Assembly (NCBI GenBank): GCA_963796455.1
Contig: CAWCLO010000005.1
Coordinates: forward strand, 155,757 to 219,756
Reading direction: 5' to 3'
Length of the DNA stretch: 64,000 nucleotides
From: Candidatus Sulfomarinibacteraceae bacterium
Lineage (GTDB): Bacteria > Acidobacteriota > Thermoanaerobaculia > Thermoanaerobaculales > Sulfomarinibacteraceae
Shown here: positions 28,747-40,380 of the stretch, piece after piece
Layout: every line of letters begins with the position of its first letter
How positions within the stretch are numbered: the stretch's first letter is position 1
Notes under the pieces: generated by a model
Databases searched by the model: none
The model's input: the letters and a program-made list of their open reading frames with translations, nothing else
Told to the model about the DNA's origin: nothing
Program-made: the position numbers and the translations under genes

Positions 28747-30120
28747 ATGGACGTCGTAGTGCTCGCGCGGCTGCAGTTTGCCGTGACCACGGTCTACCAC
28801 TTTTTCTTTGTGCCGCTGACCCTCGGGTTGTCGCTCCTCGTGGCAATCATGGAGACGCAGTACGTCCGTACCGGCGACGAGACCTACAAGAAGATGACCA
28901 AGTTCTGGGGCAAGCTCTTCCTCATCAATTTTGCGATGGGGGTTGTCACCGGACTCGTGCAGGAGTTTCAATTCGGAATGAACTGGTCCGAGTATTCGCG
29001 ATTCATGGGAGACATTTTTGGTGCTCCTCTCGCGATCGAGGCGCTGCTCGCCTTCTATCTCGAGTCGGTCTTCCTCGGGGTCTGGATTTTCGGGTGGGAC
29101 AAATTGTCGAAGAGGGCTCATGCCACCGTGATGTGGATTGTCGCGATCGGCTCCAACTTGTCTGCACTGTGGATACTGGTCGCCAACTCATTCATGCAAC
29201 AACCCGTGGGCTACGTGCTGCGCAACGGCCGCGCCGAGATGGACGATTTCTTTGCTTTGCTCGGCAACGGTCATGTCTGGGTGCAATGGCCTCACGTTTT
29301 TGCTTCGGCTATGGCCACCGCAGGGTTTTTTGTTGTCGGTATCTCGGCCATTCACCTGCTTCGGGCAGACAACAACTCCGAGGTGTTCAAGCGCTCCTTC
29401 CGGCTCGGAATTCTCTATGCAACCATCGGTACGGTGCTCGTGATCATGGTGGGCCACAGCCAGGCCCAATACATGACCAAGGTGCAGCCGATGAAGATGG
29501 CGGCCGCCGAAGCGTTGTGGCAAACAGAGGACCCGGCGGCGATGTCGATCTTCACGATCGGGAACGAGAGCGAACGGCGGGACGTCTTTGCGATCCGTGT
29601 TCCGGGGCTCCTGAGCTTTCTGGCACACAATTCGTTCAGCGGTGAGGTGCGGGGCATCAACGACCTCCAGGAGGAGTACGTCGGCCGTTATGGGCCGGGG
29701 GACTATGTTCCGCCGGTGGCCATCTCCTACTGGACCTTCCGTGCGATGGCGGGAGCGGGATTCGTCATGTTGCTTTTGTGCGTCTACGGTCTGTGGAAGT
29801 CATCGGGCCAACGGGTGGTTGATTCACCACGGTACCTCCGGCTCATGATCTGGGCGATCGCGCTGCCGTACATCGCCAACTCCACCGGTTGGATATTTAC
29901 CGAGATCGGTCGCCAGCCGTGGATCGTCTTCGGGTTGCAGAAGACCGCCGACGCCGTCTCGCCGACGGTCGGCGTCGCGGAGGTGCTTTTCTCGCTGATT
30001 GCCTTCACGTTGGTCTACGCATTGTTGATGGTTGCCGACGTGGTTCTGCTCAAGAAATATGCCCAAGCTGGTGTTATCGGTTCTTCCCCGGACGAGCCGA
30101 AGACCGCAGCGGCCGGGTGA
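28747..30120 (+). CDS. cydA: Cytochrome bd oxidase subunit I
   Basis: ARLQFA..YHFFF, QEFQFGMNW, QPMKMAAAE, EIGRQPW. Confidence 0.96.
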   Translation: MDVVVLARLQFAVTTVYHFFFVPLTLGLSLLVAIMETQYVRTGDETYKKMTKFWGKLFLINFAMGVVTGLVQEFQFGMNWSEYSRFMGDIFGAPLAIEALLAFYLESVFLGVWIFGWDKLSKRAHATVMWIVAIGSNLSALWILVANSFMQQPVGYVLRNGRAEMDDFFALLGNGHVWVQWPHVFASAMATAGFFVVGISAIHLLRADNNSEVFKRSFRLGILYATIGTVLVIMVGHSQAQYMTKVQPMKMAAAEALWQTEDPAAMSIFTIGNESERRDVFAIRVPGLLSFLAHNSFSGEVRGINDLQEEYVGRYGPGDYVPPVAISYWTFRAMAGAGFVMLLLCVYGLWKSSGQRVVDSPRYLRLMIWAIALPYIANSTGWIFTEIGRQPWIVFGLQKTADAVSPTVGVAEVLFSLIAFTLVYALLMVADVVLLKKYAQAGVIGSSPDEPKTAAAG

Positions 30121-30135
30121 GGAAAGGAGCACATC

Positions 30136-31149
30136 ATGGATCTCAACATTCTCTGGTTCGGACTGATCGGCGTGCTCTTTGTAGGGTTCTTCTTCCTCGA
30201 GGGCTTTGACTACGGGGTCGGCATCCTGTTGCCCTTCCTGGGCAAAAGCGACATCGAGCGCCGGATGATCGTCAATACCATCGGACCGGTCTGGGATGGC
30301 AACGAAGTGTGGATGATCACGGCGGGCGGCGCGATCTTTGCCGCCTTCCCACACTGGTACGCGACTCTCTTTTCGGGCTTCTATATCGCCCTGGTGCTGA
30401 TGCTCCTCGCACTGATCGTGCGGGGCGTCTCCTTCGAGTTTCGTTCGAAGATGGAGGACCCGCGCTGGCGACGATTGTGGGACACGTGCATTTTCTTCGG
30501 CAGCGCGATCCCGGCGTTGCTGTGGGGCGTGGCGATGGCCAATCTGGTGCGCGGGGTGCCGATCGATGCCGAGATGAACTATGTCGGTGGATTCTTCAAT
30601 CTCCTCAACCCCTACGCACTGATTGCGGGTCTTGCCTCACTTACCGTTTTCATTTTGCACGGGGCCACATTCCTGACCCTCAAACTCGGTGGTGAGATGG
30701 CCGACCGGGCACGGCGGGCGGCCAGGGTCGCGTTTTATCCGGCGGCGCTCTTTCTCTTCCTTTTTGTAGTCGGCACCTACTGGATGACCGATGTTCACGA
30801 ACGGATCGGACTCAACCCGGGTGTGGTGCCGGTGACGGCGGTGATCGCCCTGTTTGCGACTCGCTGGACGATCGCCAGCCGCCGCGACGGTTGGAGCTTC
30901 ATTCTGACCGCCATCGCGGTGATATTCGCCACGGTGACGATCTTTATCGCTCTCTTCCCGCGGGTCATGGTCTCGAGTCTCGATCCGACGTGGAGCCTGA
31001 CGATCTACAACGCCTCGTCGAGCCCCTACACCCTCAAGGTGATGAGCATCGTGGCGGTTCTCCTGGTGCCGGTGGTGTTGGTTTACCAGGCATGGACCTA
31101 CTGGACCTTCCGGCAACGCATCACCCCGGAATCTCATCTGGAATACTGA
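30136..31149 (+). CDS. cydB: Cytochrome bd oxidase subunit II
   Basis: LEGFDYGVG, IGPVWDGNEVW. Confidence 0.96.
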   Translation: MDLNILWFGLIGVLFVGFFFLEGFDYGVGILLPFLGKSDIERRMIVNTIGPVWDGNEVWMITAGGAIFAAFPHWYATLFSGFYIALVLMLLALIVRGVSFEFRSKMEDPRWRRLWDTCIFFGSAIPALLWGVAMANLVRGVPIDAEMNYVGGFFNLLNPYALIAGLASLTVFILHGATFLTLKLGGEMADRARRAARVAFYPAALFLFLFVVGTYWMTDVHERIGLNPGVVPVTAVIALFATRWTIASRRDGWSFILTAIAVIFATVTIFIALFPRVMVSSLDPTWSLTIYNASSSPYTLKVMSIVAVLLVPVVLVYQAWTYWTFRQRITPESHLEY

Positions 31150-31172
31150 GTTCCGGATATGCGCCGAATTCG

Positions 31173-31202
31173 ACCGGGGAGGCGGGCCTCCCCGGTTTTT
31201 TT
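31173..31202 (+). terminator. Rho-independent terminator between cydB and cydD
   Basis: ACCGGGGAGGC-GG-GCCTCCCCGGT followed by T run. Confidence 0.8.
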
Positions 31203-31247
31203 GATCCGAATCAGATCTCTGAATCCAACCGTCGTATGCTGATGTCG

Positions 31248-32990
31248 ATGCAGCTTGACCGGCGGCTTTTTGAACTCGCCGCGAACCAGGGTGCACCGCT
31301 CGGTGGTGCAGTGGCCCTTGGCGGCCTCGGCGGAATCGTTATCGTGGCCCAGGCGTGGCTCCTGGCGCAGGTGATCGCGTCCGTTTTCATTGCCGGCGCG
31401 GATCGCGCGGACGTCACCTTGCCGTTGATCCTCTTGCTCGTGGCCGCGGGGCTGCGGGCGCTGCTGTCCTGGCTTGCAGACGGTTTTGGTGCCGAAGCGG
31501 CGGCCAGGGTCAAACATGAAATCCGCTCGAGGGCCTTTGCCCACCTCCTCGATCGAGGGCCCCTCGAAGCGGGCGGGGAACGAACCGGTGAGCTGGTCGC
31601 GACACTGACCGATGGGGTCGAGGCCCTTGATGCCTACGTCGCACGCTATCTGCCCCAACTCGCGCTGGCGGCGGTGATTCCGCTCACGGTGGCGGCGGTG
31701 GTGCTCAGCCGCGATCTGCTCTCCGGATTCATTTTGTTGCTGACCGCTCCCTTGATCCCAGTGTTTATGGTGCTCATCGGGCGACTCGCTGAAGGACGGG
31801 CCCAGCGGCAATGGGTTTTGATGGGCAGGTTGAGCGCGTTGTTCCTCGATACGATCCAGGGACTGGCGACGATCAAGATCTTCGGCCGGTCGCGGGAACA
31901 GCAAGAGGCCGTCCAGAAGGCCGGCGAGGCCTTTCGTGCCTCGTCGATGTCGGTGCTCCGCATCGCGTTCCTGTCGGCGCTCGTGCTCGAGCTTGTCGCC
32001 ACCCTGAGCGTGGCGGTGGTTGCGGTGGAGGTCGGTCTCCGCCTGCTCCATGGGAGGCTCGCCTTCGAAGAGGCCTTTTTCGTATTGCTCCTCGCGCCCG
32101 AGTTCTATCTTCCACTCCGGCGCCTTGGCGGCGAGTTTCACGCCGGTCTGGCGGGAATCACGGCTGCCGACCGGCTCTTTGCCCTGATCGGCACTCCGGT
32201 CCGAAGCGCGACCCTGGGCGCCACTTCCCCGATGCCGCGGCAACCGTCGATCGTGCTCGAAGACCTTTCCTATGACTACCCCGGCGCCGAACCGGAGGGC
32301 GCAGACCGCTGCGGCCTGAAGAGGGTGGATCTTTCGATCGAATACGGCGAGAGGATTGCTGTTGTGGGGCCGTCGGGGGCCGGAAAGAGCACCTTGGCGG
32401 CGGTTCTTCTGCGCTTTGCCAAACCGACGGGAGGGCGCCTTCTGGCCGACGGAATCGAGAGCGAAACCATCGATCCGGAAGACTGGCGCCGTTCCTTTGC
32501 CTGGGTTCCACAGCGCCCCCATCTCTTCGCCGACACAATTGCCAACAATATTCGTTTTGCCAGGGCCGGGGCCTCCGATCAGGATCTTTTGGTAGCTGCC
32601 CGGCGGGCTCGGGCAGACGGATTCATCGATGACCTGCGCGAGGGTTATGACTCGCAAGTGGGGGAGGGCGGTGCCCGGCTCAGCGGAGGCCAGGCGCAAC
32701 GCCTTGCTCTCGCCCGGGCCTTTGTCGCCGATGCGGAGATCCTGGTTCTCGACGAACCGTCTTCCGACCTCGATCCCCGCCTCCAGTTCGAGATCGACGA
32801 GACCCTGGATGCCTACCTGCCGGGGAGATCCGCAGTCATCATCGCCCACCGCATTCCGACCGTCCTCAAGGCCGACCGGGTGGTGGTGATAGACGGCGGC
32901 AGGGTGGTCGATGTCGGCCCGCACGACAAGCTCCTCCAACGCTGCGCCCTCTATCGTCGACTGGTGAGTTCCTACGGAGGTGGCGATTGA
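31248..32990 (+). CDS. cydD: ABC exporter CydD
   Basis: YLPQL, FLSALVLE, LAPEFYLPLR..G..FHAG; GPSGAGKS, LSGGQAQR. Confidence 0.92.
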   Translation: MQLDRRLFELAANQGAPLGGAVALGGLGGIVIVAQAWLLAQVIASVFIAGADRADVTLPLILLLVAAGLRALLSWLADGFGAEAAARVKHEIRSRAFAHLLDRGPLEAGGERTGELVATLTDGVEALDAYVARYLPQLALAAVIPLTVAAVVLSRDLLSGFILLLTAPLIPVFMVLIGRLAEGRAQRQWVLMGRLSALFLDTIQGLATIKIFGRSREQQEAVQKAGEAFRASSMSVLRIAFLSALVLELVATLSVAVVAVEVGLRLLHGRLAFEEAFFVLLLAPEFYLPLRRLGGEFHAGLAGITAADRLFALIGTPVRSATLGATSPMPRQPSIVLEDLSYDYPGAEPEGADRCGLKRVDLSIEYGERIAVVGPSGAGKSTLAAVLLRFAKPTGGRLLADGIESETIDPEDWRRSFAWVPQRPHLFADTIANNIRFARAGASDQDLLVAARRARADGFIDDLREGYDSQVGEGGARLSGGQAQRLALARAFVADAEILVLDEPSSDLDPRLQFEIDETLDAYLPGRSAVIIAHRIPTVLKADRVVVIDGGRVVDVGPHDKLLQRCALYRRLVSSYGGGD

Positions 32991-34735
32991 GACTGCTCGC
33001 CAGGCTTCTCCGCCTCATCCTCCCGGATGCGGGCAAAGTCGCGCTTGCCGCTTCTTTGGGGATCGCCACAGTCGCCAGTGGCGTCGGGCTGATGGGGACG
33101 GCCGCCTATCTCATCGCCAGTGCGGCCCTCCATCCGTCGATCGCCGAACTTCAGGTCGCCATCGTCGGAGTTCGCTTCTTCGGCCTCAGCCGAGGGGTCT
33201 TCCGCTACCTCGAGCGGCTGGCCTCCCACCGCCTGACTCTGGATCTCCTCGGCCGCTTCCGCGTGTGGTTCTATCAGGCACTGGAGCCGTTGGCGCCGGC
33301 CCAGACTCTCGAATTCGAGAGCTCGGATCTGCTCACTCGGGCCGTCAACGATGTGGAGACATTGCAGGGGCTCTATCTACGGGTCGTTGCGCCGCCGATA
33401 GTGGCGCTCGTCGTGGCTCTCGGGACGACGGGATTCATCGCCACCTATGCCCCGCTTCCGGCGGCGGGGTTCATCCTGGTTTACAGTTTCGCCTGCATTG
33501 GAATTCCGGTGGCGGTCAGCCGAATAGATCGACCGGTCGGTCTCCGTCTTGCTGTCGCCCGGGCCGGGCTTGCCGCCGCGGTCGTCGACGGCGTACAGGG
33601 TATGGCGGATCTGCTCGCGAACGGCAGGGCCGAAGCGCACAAGAAATCCCTGAACGCGCTCTCGCTCCGGCTCGTTCGGGATCGCGTCAGGGTCGCTCGC
33701 GTCGAGGCCTTTGCATCCGCGGCGACCACCTTTCTGACCCATCTCGCCGTCTTCGTGGTGCTGGTTGTCAGCATCCCTTTGGTCCGGCAAGGCCTCTTGG
33801 ACGGGGTCGGATTGGCCGTCATCAGCCTGGTGGCCATGGCTGCTTTCGAGGCCGTCCACCCCTTGCCCATTGCTGTCGGTCACCTTGTCGAGCAGCTTGC
33901 TGCGGCGCGACGGGTCTTTGCGGTCATCGACTCGACCCCGGCCGTCGCCGAGGCTCGAAATACCGTTTGTTTTTCTGCGGTGTCCGATCGAGCCCTGCTC
34001 GAAGTCCGCGACTTGAGCTTCACCTATCCGGGCGCTTCACGGCCGGCCCTCGACGGGCTCGATCTGGAGCTCCCGGTGGGCGGACGACTGGCGGTAGTCG
34101 GTCCCTCGGGTGCCGGGAAGTCCACCCTCGCCATGCTGTTGTTGCGTTTCTGGGATCCGTCCTTCGGCAAGATTGTTCTCGCAGGCGAAGAGCTGCGACG
34201 ATACGGCCTTGATGACCTGCGACAGCAGATTGCTGTTCTTTCGCAGACCACCGATCTGTTCACCGGGACCATTCGCGAAAATCTCTTGTTGGCGGCGCCG
34301 GACGCCAACCAGGAGGAACTGGAAGAAGTCGCTGAGGATGCCGAGATCCTCGAGTCCATTCGGGGATTCCCCGATGGTTGGAACACGTGGATCGGCGAGC
34401 ACGGTCTTCGCCTTTCCGAAGGGCAAAGAAGGAGGGTGGCGATCGCTCGGGTGCTGCTTCGGGATCCCCGGTTGCTCGTGCTCGACGAACCCACGGCGGG
34501 CCTCGATCCGGTCACCGAGTCGCACCTGCTCCGATCACTTCGCCGCCTCACTTCCGGCCGGACGGCGATCCACATCACCCACCGTCTGATCGAAATGGAA
34601 GAGATGGATCAGATTCTCGTGCTCGATCGAGGGCGGGTCATCGAGCTGGGTCGGCATGAAGAACTTCTCGGTCGTGACGGTCTTTACCGGCAGCTCCACG
34701 ATTCCCAGAATCTCACCCTCCGGACTGTCGTGTGA
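32987..34735 (+). CDS. cydC: ABC exporter CydC
   Basis: VRFFGLSRGVFRYLERLASH; GPSGAGKS; LDEPT. Confidence 0.92.
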   Translation: MRLLARLLRLILPDAGKVALAASLGIATVASGVGLMGTAAYLIASAALHPSIAELQVAIVGVRFFGLSRGVFRYLERLASHRLTLDLLGRFRVWFYQALEPLAPAQTLEFESSDLLTRAVNDVETLQGLYLRVVAPPIVALVVALGTTGFIATYAPLPAAGFILVYSFACIGIPVAVSRIDRPVGLRLAVARAGLAAAVVDGVQGMADLLANGRAEAHKKSLNALSLRLVRDRVRVARVEAFASAATTFLTHLAVFVVLVVSIPLVRQGLLDGVGLAVISLVAMAAFEAVHPLPIAVGHLVEQLAAARRVFAVIDSTPAVAEARNTVCFSAVSDRALLEVRDLSFTYPGASRPALDGLDLELPVGGRLAVVGPSGAGKSTLAMLLLRFWDPSFGKIVLAGEELRRYGLDDLRQQIAVLSQTTDLFTGTIRENLLLAAPDANQEELEEVAEDAEILESIRGFPDGWNTWIGEHGLRLSEGQRRRVAIARVLLRDPRLLVLDEPTAGLDPVTESHLLRSLRRLTSGRTAIHITHRLIEMEEMDQILVLDRGRVIELGRHEELLGRDGLYRQLHDSQNLTLRTVV

Positions 34736-34777
34736 TCACGAGAAGGGGGCTCTGGCAAGAAGAGCGTCCAAAATGGT

Positions 34778-35479
34778 TCAGATTTCCGAGACGTCGACCC
34801 GATCCGCGACGTTGATCGCCCCCGATTGATAATCGGTGCGGTAAGCAAAGACCTCGACACCGTTGCTGGCAGCCCGTCGCAGTTCCTCGGCATAGGCGGG
34901 ATCGATGTCTGCGGCAGGGGCGAATGTTGAACCATCCGAGCGCTGGATGATGAAAAGCATCACGGCGCGGTCGCCCCGGAGCACCATTTGCTGGAGTTCT
35001 CGAAGGTGTTTGCGTCCGCGTTCGGTGACGGCGTCAGGGAAGGCATAACGTCCTTGATCGTCCACCAGGGTCACATTCTTGACCTCGACCCAACAGGGAT
35101 TGTCCGTTCCTTCGAGCAGGATATCGATGCGGCTCGAGGATCCGTAGGACACCTCTCGACGAAGCGAGTCGTAACCGCACAGTTCGGGGATCGCGCCCCC
35201 TTCGATGGCCTCCACGGCGAGGATATTGGCGAGGTGGGTGTTGATGCCGATCCAGCAGCGGCCGTTGTGCACCATCTCCCAGGTCAGCGGGTATTTGCGT
35301 TTGGGGTTGCCGCTTTGACTCAGGAGAACCGGCCACCGATCGCCGAGACAACCGCGCATGGATCCCGTGTTTGGACAGTGCACGGTCACGGTTGATCCGT
35401 CCTCCAACTCCACATCCGCCAGAAACCGTTTGTAGCGGCGAAGCAGTACCCCGGGCAACAATTCGTGATCAAAATTCAT
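34778..35479 (-). CDS. sfsA: SfsA (PD-(D/E)xK nuclease-like)
   Basis: RYKRFLADV, HCPNTGSM, EVKNVT, FPDAVTERGRKHL. Confidence 0.95.
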   Translation of the reverse strand: MNFDHELLPGVLLRRYKRFLADVELEDGSTVTVHCPNTGSMRGCLGDRWPVLLSQSGNPKRKYPLTWEMVHNGRCWIGINTHLANILAVEAIEGGAIPELCGYDSLRREVSYGSSSRIDILLEGTDNPCWVEVKNVTLVDDQGRYAFPDAVTERGRKHLRELQQMVLRGDRAVMLFIIQRSDGSTFAPAADIDPAYAEELRRAASNGVEVFAYRTDYQSGAINVADRVDVSEI

Positions 35480-35723
35480 GGCAAATGCAGCTCGCGTCCG
35501 CAAATATTACACCGGGGGGGGAGACGCGGTGTAACAGAATGTGGACCGAGACCGATGCGAGGAGGTCGAGCCACCATGTCGGCGGACGCCCTCTCGTCGT
35601 TTTGAAAGAGTGAGCCCGAGCGCAAGTGCCTGTTCGAGCCTGAAGAACGTCAGCGCTCGGGTGTTGAGTTGACCCTTGCGTTCAAAGAACCGAGTCATAT
35701 TGAATCCAGCCGATTATGGGATC

Positions 35724-37298
35724 ATGGTGCCCGTGAACTCACTGGTGGCCTTGTTCCGGCGTCGCGCCTGTTGGATCGTGTTTGCTGTTCTCGCTGTGTT
35801 GATCGTGGGAATACGCTGGAATTACCGTTTCGAGCCCCTGGAGCGCGACATCACGGCCTACGCAGTCATCGGTCAAGAGCTGCTGACCGGGCGGCCGCTC
35901 TATTCCGATTTGTGGGACCACAAGCCCCCCGGCGTTCATTTGATTTTTGCCGGGGCGACGGCGATTGTCGGTCCCGGGGTGCCTGCCGTTCTTCTGGTCA
36001 ATGTGGTCCTGTCGCTCGCCCTCCTGGGAGCCCTGATGATGGCCGCCAGGGCGATTGGTGGCTCCCGTTGCGCAATCATCTGCGGAGTACTGTGGACATT
36101 TGTCGGTGGTGATCTCGGCCTCCAGGCGAACCAGCCGAACGTCGAGTTGGCCATCAACCTCTGTATCGCATTGGCGCTCTCGATTTCGTTGCTCCCGCAA
36201 TCGCGAAAGACCGGCCGGGTGCCCGCAGTCACTGGTTTGTTGACCGCCGCCTCCATCCTCTTGAAACCAGTCGCCGTCGCACAATTCGGTGCGCTCGCTG
36301 CGGTCGAACTCAGCGATCGGTGGATGTCGGGCAACAGAAAGGAAACTGTGAGCTTTTTGGGCCGATGGCTCGGATGCGCTGTTGCCGGCGTGACCACGGT
36401 CATGACCTGGGCTGTTCTCCGCGGTGGTTTCGAGCCGGTATGGGATGCGGTTGTTCGCTACAACCTGGCCTACACTCGGGGGAATCTGTTCGGCAACCTC
36501 GTTGAAATGGCGCGGATCGGGACCCATCTTCCACTCGAGTCGGCGGTCATCATTGGACTTCTCGCACTGCCCGCGATCGAGGGTTGTCGGGTCATGGCGC
36601 CGCCTCAGCGTCATCGAATCCTGGCGGTTCTGGTGGGGTCGGCAATCGCCGTCGCGGCTCCCGGCAGGTTTTTTCCGCACTACTATCAGTTGCTTCTTCC
36701 ACCCCTGGTTGTGGCGGCGGCGGCTGGCTTGTCCCACCTGCTCGACCTTGCCGGTGCCAAGAAAACCATGGCCTTCGCTGTGCTCTTGATGGTGACGATC
36801 ATCGAGGTAGCTTCGTATAGATACTCTCCGGAACAATGGTCACGGCAGAAGTATGGTGAGGAATTCCTCAATGAAAGATCGCTCGCCACTCAGCTTCAGA
36901 GCCATCTTGATCCGGGTGAGGCTTTCTGGCAGCTTGGCACGTCGCCGGGTCTCTACCTCCTTACGAAGACCGTGCCTGCCAGCGGGGTGCTGTATGACAA
37001 TCCGCTTCGCGAAGGCTCTCCGGTCAAAGATCGGCTCGGTGCCCGGGTCATCGCCGATCTGAGCCGTGCGGCGCCGAGGTGGGTGGTGGTCCGAAATGTT
37101 CACGATGACCGGGGCATCATGCAGTGGCTTCGTGAAAATTACCGCCGTGCTGAAGTGACCCTGTACGTCGAGCGCTTTTCGCTTTGGACCCGTCGGGAAT
37201 CGACGACACCCGAATCGCCCTCTGGTGTGGTTTTTTCGGACGATTTCGAAGCTGGTAGGCACGCCGGCTGGATTAGCAGTCAGGTTGGCGGCAGATAA
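35724..37298 (+). CDS. GT-C (ArnT/PMT-like) membrane glycosyltransferase
   Basis: ERD..Y...[12 protein letters not shown], many TM helices, FFPHYY; start uncertain. Confidence 0.75.
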   Translation: MVPVNSLVALFRRRACWIVFAVLAVLIVGIRWNYRFEPLERDITAYAVIGQELLTGRPLYSDLWDHKPPGVHLIFAGATAIVGPGVPAVLLVNVVLSLALLGALMMAARAIGGSRCAIICGVLWTFVGGDLGLQANQPNVELAINLCIALALSISLLPQSRKTGRVPAVTGLLTAASILLKPVAVAQFGALAAVELSDRWMSGNRKETVSFLGRWLGCAVAGVTTVMTWAVLRGGFEPVWDAVVRYNLAYTRGNLFGNLVEMARIGTHLPLESAVIIGLLALPAIEGCRVMAPPQRHRILAVLVGSAIAVAAPGRFFPHYYQLLLPPLVVAAAAGLSHLLDLAGAKKTMAFAVLLMVTIIEVASYRYSPEQWSRQKYGEEFLNERSLATQLQSHLDPGEAFWQLGTSPGLYLLTKTVPASGVLYDNPLREGSPVKDRLGARVIADLSRAAPRWVVVRNVHDDRGIMQWLRENYRRAEVTLYVERFSLWTRRESTTPESPSGVVFSDDFEAGRHAGWISSQVGGR

Positions 37299-37390
37299 CC
37301 ACCGATCGCGTCGGTCGTTTTCAGAAAATCTCCCCGCAATCCCGCCGTCATGGTATATTTCCCGCTCGTGTGACATGCCCCGGAGGCACC

Positions 37391-38299
37391 GTGGACCTGC
37401 AGTCTCTGATTCTCAATCTCCAACATTACTGGGCGGATTCCGGATGCATCATCCAGCAGCCGTATGACGTCGAAGTCGGTGCGGGCACGATGCACCCGGA
37501 GACCTTTCTGCGAGTCCTGGGCCCGGAGCCCTACCGCGTCGCCTACGTGCAGCCATCGCGGCGTCCGGCGGATGCCCGATATGGAGAAAATCCCTTCCGC
37601 CTCGGTCGTCATCTGCAACTTCAGGTGATCCTCAAACCATCACCGGAAAACGTGCAAAAGCTTTATCTCGAGTCGCTTGGAGCGCTCGGTATCGATCCCG
37701 CGGTGCACGATATTCGTTTTGAAGAGGATAATTGGGAGTCACCCACCCTCGGGGCCTGGGGAGTCGGCTGGCAGGTGCTGCTGGATGGCATGGAGATCAC
37801 CCAGTTCACCTACTTTCAGCAGGCTGGAGGCATCGAACTGACGCCGATCTCCGCCGAGCTGACCTATGGTCTCGAACGCATCGCCATGTTTCTGCAGCGC
37901 AAAGACTCGATTTACGACATCGAATGGGGTGGCGGCGTGCCCTACGGACAGGTTCGCCTCGAGGACGAGCGCGAATCGTCGGTTTATGGCTTTGAAGTCG
38001 CTGATGTGGAGATGTTGCGCCGCCATTTCGAGGATTGGGAGAACGAAGCCCGGCGCTGTCTCAAACACGAACCACCGCTGGTCATCCCCGCTCTCGAAGC
38101 AACGCTGAAGACCTCGCACCTTTTTAATCTGATGGATGCCCGCGGCGCTGTGTCGGTGACCGAACGGGTCGGACTGATCGCCCGGGTTCGCCGGAATGCG
38201 GTGGCGGCCGCGAAGGCTTCGCTCGCACAACGCGAGCGCCTCGGCTTTCCGCTTGGCGGTGGTCCCAGTCAAACCAACGGCGGGGAGGCATCGTCGTGA
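37391..38299 (+). CDS. glyQ: Glycine--tRNA ligase alpha subunit
   Basis: [33 protein letters not shown]. Confidence 0.97.
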   Translation: MDLQSLILNLQHYWADSGCIIQQPYDVEVGAGTMHPETFLRVLGPEPYRVAYVQPSRRPADARYGENPFRLGRHLQLQVILKPSPENVQKLYLESLGALGIDPAVHDIRFEEDNWESPTLGAWGVGWQVLLDGMEITQFTYFQQAGGIELTPISAELTYGLERIAMFLQRKDSIYDIEWGGGVPYGQVRLEDERESSVYGFEVADVEMLRRHFEDWENEARRCLKHEPPLVIPALEATLKTSHLFNLMDARGAVSVTERVGLIARVRRNAVAAAKASLAQRERLGFPLGGGPSQTNGGEASS

Positions 38300-40380
38300 C
38301 CACCTTCCTGCTCGAGATCCGCACCGAGGAGATACCGGCGGCGGCCCTTCCGGGCGCGCGGCGGCAGCTCGAGGACCTTTTCAAGAAGGGCTTGGCGACG
38401 GCCGATTTCACAGATGTTTCGATCACTGTCTATTCGACGTCGCTGCGCTTGGCGGTGGTGCTGGAAAACCTGCCCGAGCGTCAAGCCGATCGGCAAGAGG
38501 AGATGACGGGCCCGCCCCTCAGTGTCGCAGTCGGCGCTGACGGGAGCGCGACGCCGGCGGGTGAGGGATTCGCAAGGAAGGTCGGTCTGACATTCGATCA
38601 GCTGCGCCGGGTGGAGACCGAAAAGGGCGAGTACCTGCAGGCGACGGTTGTCTACAAGGGTCGCTCCAGCGCTGAGATTCTGAGCGAGTTGATACCTGCG
38701 ACGGTGAACGCTTTGCGCTTCCCCAAGATGATGCGTTGGGGTGACGGCAGCCACCAATTCGTGCGCCCGGTGCACGGGGTGGTGGCCCTGCTCGACGACG
38801 AGGTCGTGCCTGTCGAGCTCTTCGGGATCACGAGCGGTCGCTCAACAGTAGGACACCGGGTCCACGCGCCGGCGGCATTTGACCTCGAACAGGCATCGGA
38901 CTATGTGGGTGCTCTCGCCGAGCGCGGCGTTTCGGTGGATCAGAATGAGCGCCGGGATCAGATCGAGGCGCAGGCAAAGCGTTGTGCACAAGATGAAACC
39001 GCGCTTGTTCACCCTGATCCCGAGCTCATCGCCGAGCACGTGGAACTGGTTGAGTGGCCGGGACTGCTGGCGGGCTCCTTCTCGGCCCGTTATCTGGATC
39101 TGCCGCCCGAAGTCGTCGTGACGACCCTGCGCTATCACCAGAAGTGCCTGGTCCTCGAAGATGCCGACGGCAATCTCCGGCCAGGGTTTATCGCGGTGGC
39201 CGATCGTCGGGATGATCCCGAGGGTCTGGTCCGGCAGGGAAACGAGTGGGTCATCGGCGCCCGCCTGGCCGATGCCGAGTTCTTTTTCCTCGAGGACCGC
39301 AAACGATCCATGGCAGAGATCGCGTCTGGACTCGAACGGCTCGAGTTTCATCGTGTCCTTGGATCGATCAACGACAAGGCATTGAGGGTCGGGGAACTCG
39401 CCGAGGCAGTCGCCGATTCCGCGGAACTGCCTGTCGACCTTGCGATCGTGGCTGACACCGCACGGCTCGCCAAGACCGATCTTCTGACCAATATGGTCGG
39501 TGAGTTCCCGGAACTTCAAGGCATCATGGGCGGCCACTATCTCCGCCTCGAGGGCGCGAATGACGAGGTCTGGACGGCGGTTCGCGATCACTACCAACCG
39601 GTGGGTTTTGATGGCCCCGTACCAGAGTCCACAACTGGAAAACTGCTCGGTCTCGCAGATCGGCTGGACACGGTGGCAGGGCTCTTTGCGGTCGGCCAAC
39701 GGCCGTCGGGCTCGAAGGACCCCTTTGGTCTGCGTCGGGCAGCGCAAGGTGCCGTCAAGATCGTGGTCGAGAGCGGCTGGAATCTCGACCTCGGTGCCGC
39801 GATCAGGGCCGCCGTAGAGCTTGTGGTAGAACACTCTGACGACGATGCGGAGCAGCTCGCCGAGGCGGTGACGGTTTTTGTTGCCGAGCGATTCCGACGC
39901 TGGCTGACCGACGTGGCCGGGGTGGCCGGCGACACCGCGGATGCGGTGATGGCGGCGGGCTGGTTCGATCTGCCGAATGCGGTGGCCCGGGCCGCAGCCC
40001 TGGAGCAGGCCCGAAAAGCGGCGACCTTCCGATCGTTGGCTCAGGCCTTCAAGCGGGTCCGCAACATCACCGAAGATCAACCGGATGCTGTCGTCGATGT
40101 GCAGCTCTTCGAGCAGGCGGAGGAGCGCGAACTGCACGAAGCAACGGCGGCCTTTCGGACGGCCCTCGAAACCCTGCTCCCCGACAACCGGGTGGACGAG
40201 GCCTTTGCGGCCATGGAACCGATTTCTGATGTGCTCGAGCGCTTCTTTGTCGAGGTGCTCGTGATGTGTGAGGATGACCGGGTGCGGTCCAACCGGATCG
40301 CGCTACTGAAAAATCTTGGGAAAAACTTTGCAGAACTTGCAGATCTCTCGAAGCTGCAGGTCGAAGGAGGCGAAAATTGA
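38296..40380 (+). CDS. glyS: Glycine--tRNA ligase beta subunit
   Basis: [35 protein letters not shown]. Confidence 0.96.
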   Translation: MTTFLLEIRTEEIPAAALPGARRQLEDLFKKGLATADFTDVSITVYSTSLRLAVVLENLPERQADRQEEMTGPPLSVAVGADGSATPAGEGFARKVGLTFDQLRRVETEKGEYLQATVVYKGRSSAEILSELIPATVNALRFPKMMRWGDGSHQFVRPVHGVVALLDDEVVPVELFGITSGRSTVGHRVHAPAAFDLEQASDYVGALAERGVSVDQNERRDQIEAQAKRCAQDETALVHPDPELIAEHVELVEWPGLLAGSFSARYLDLPPEVVVTTLRYHQKCLVLEDADGNLRPGFIAVADRRDDPEGLVRQGNEWVIGARLADAEFFFLEDRKRSMAEIASGLERLEFHRVLGSINDKALRVGELAEAVADSAELPVDLAIVADTARLAKTDLLTNMVGEFPELQGIMGGHYLRLEGANDEVWTAVRDHYQPVGFDGPVPESTTGKLLGLADRLDTVAGLFAVGQRPSGSKDPFGLRRAAQGAVKIVVESGWNLDLGAAIRAAVELVVEHSDDDAEQLAEAVTVFVAERFRRWLTDVAGVAGDTADAVMAAGWFDLPNAVARAAALEQARKAATFRSLAQAFKRVRNITEDQPDAVVDVQLFEQAEERELHEATAAFRTALETLLPDNRVDEAFAAMEPISDVLERFFVEVLVMCEDDRVRSNRIALLKNLGKNFAELADLSKLQVEGGEN

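Noticed and set aside
35507..35660. Inverted repeats TTACACCG/CGGTGTAA and CCCGAGCGC/GCGCTCGGG between sfsA and the glycosyltransferase
   Set aside because: Single occurrences with no recognisable riboswitch or operator consensus
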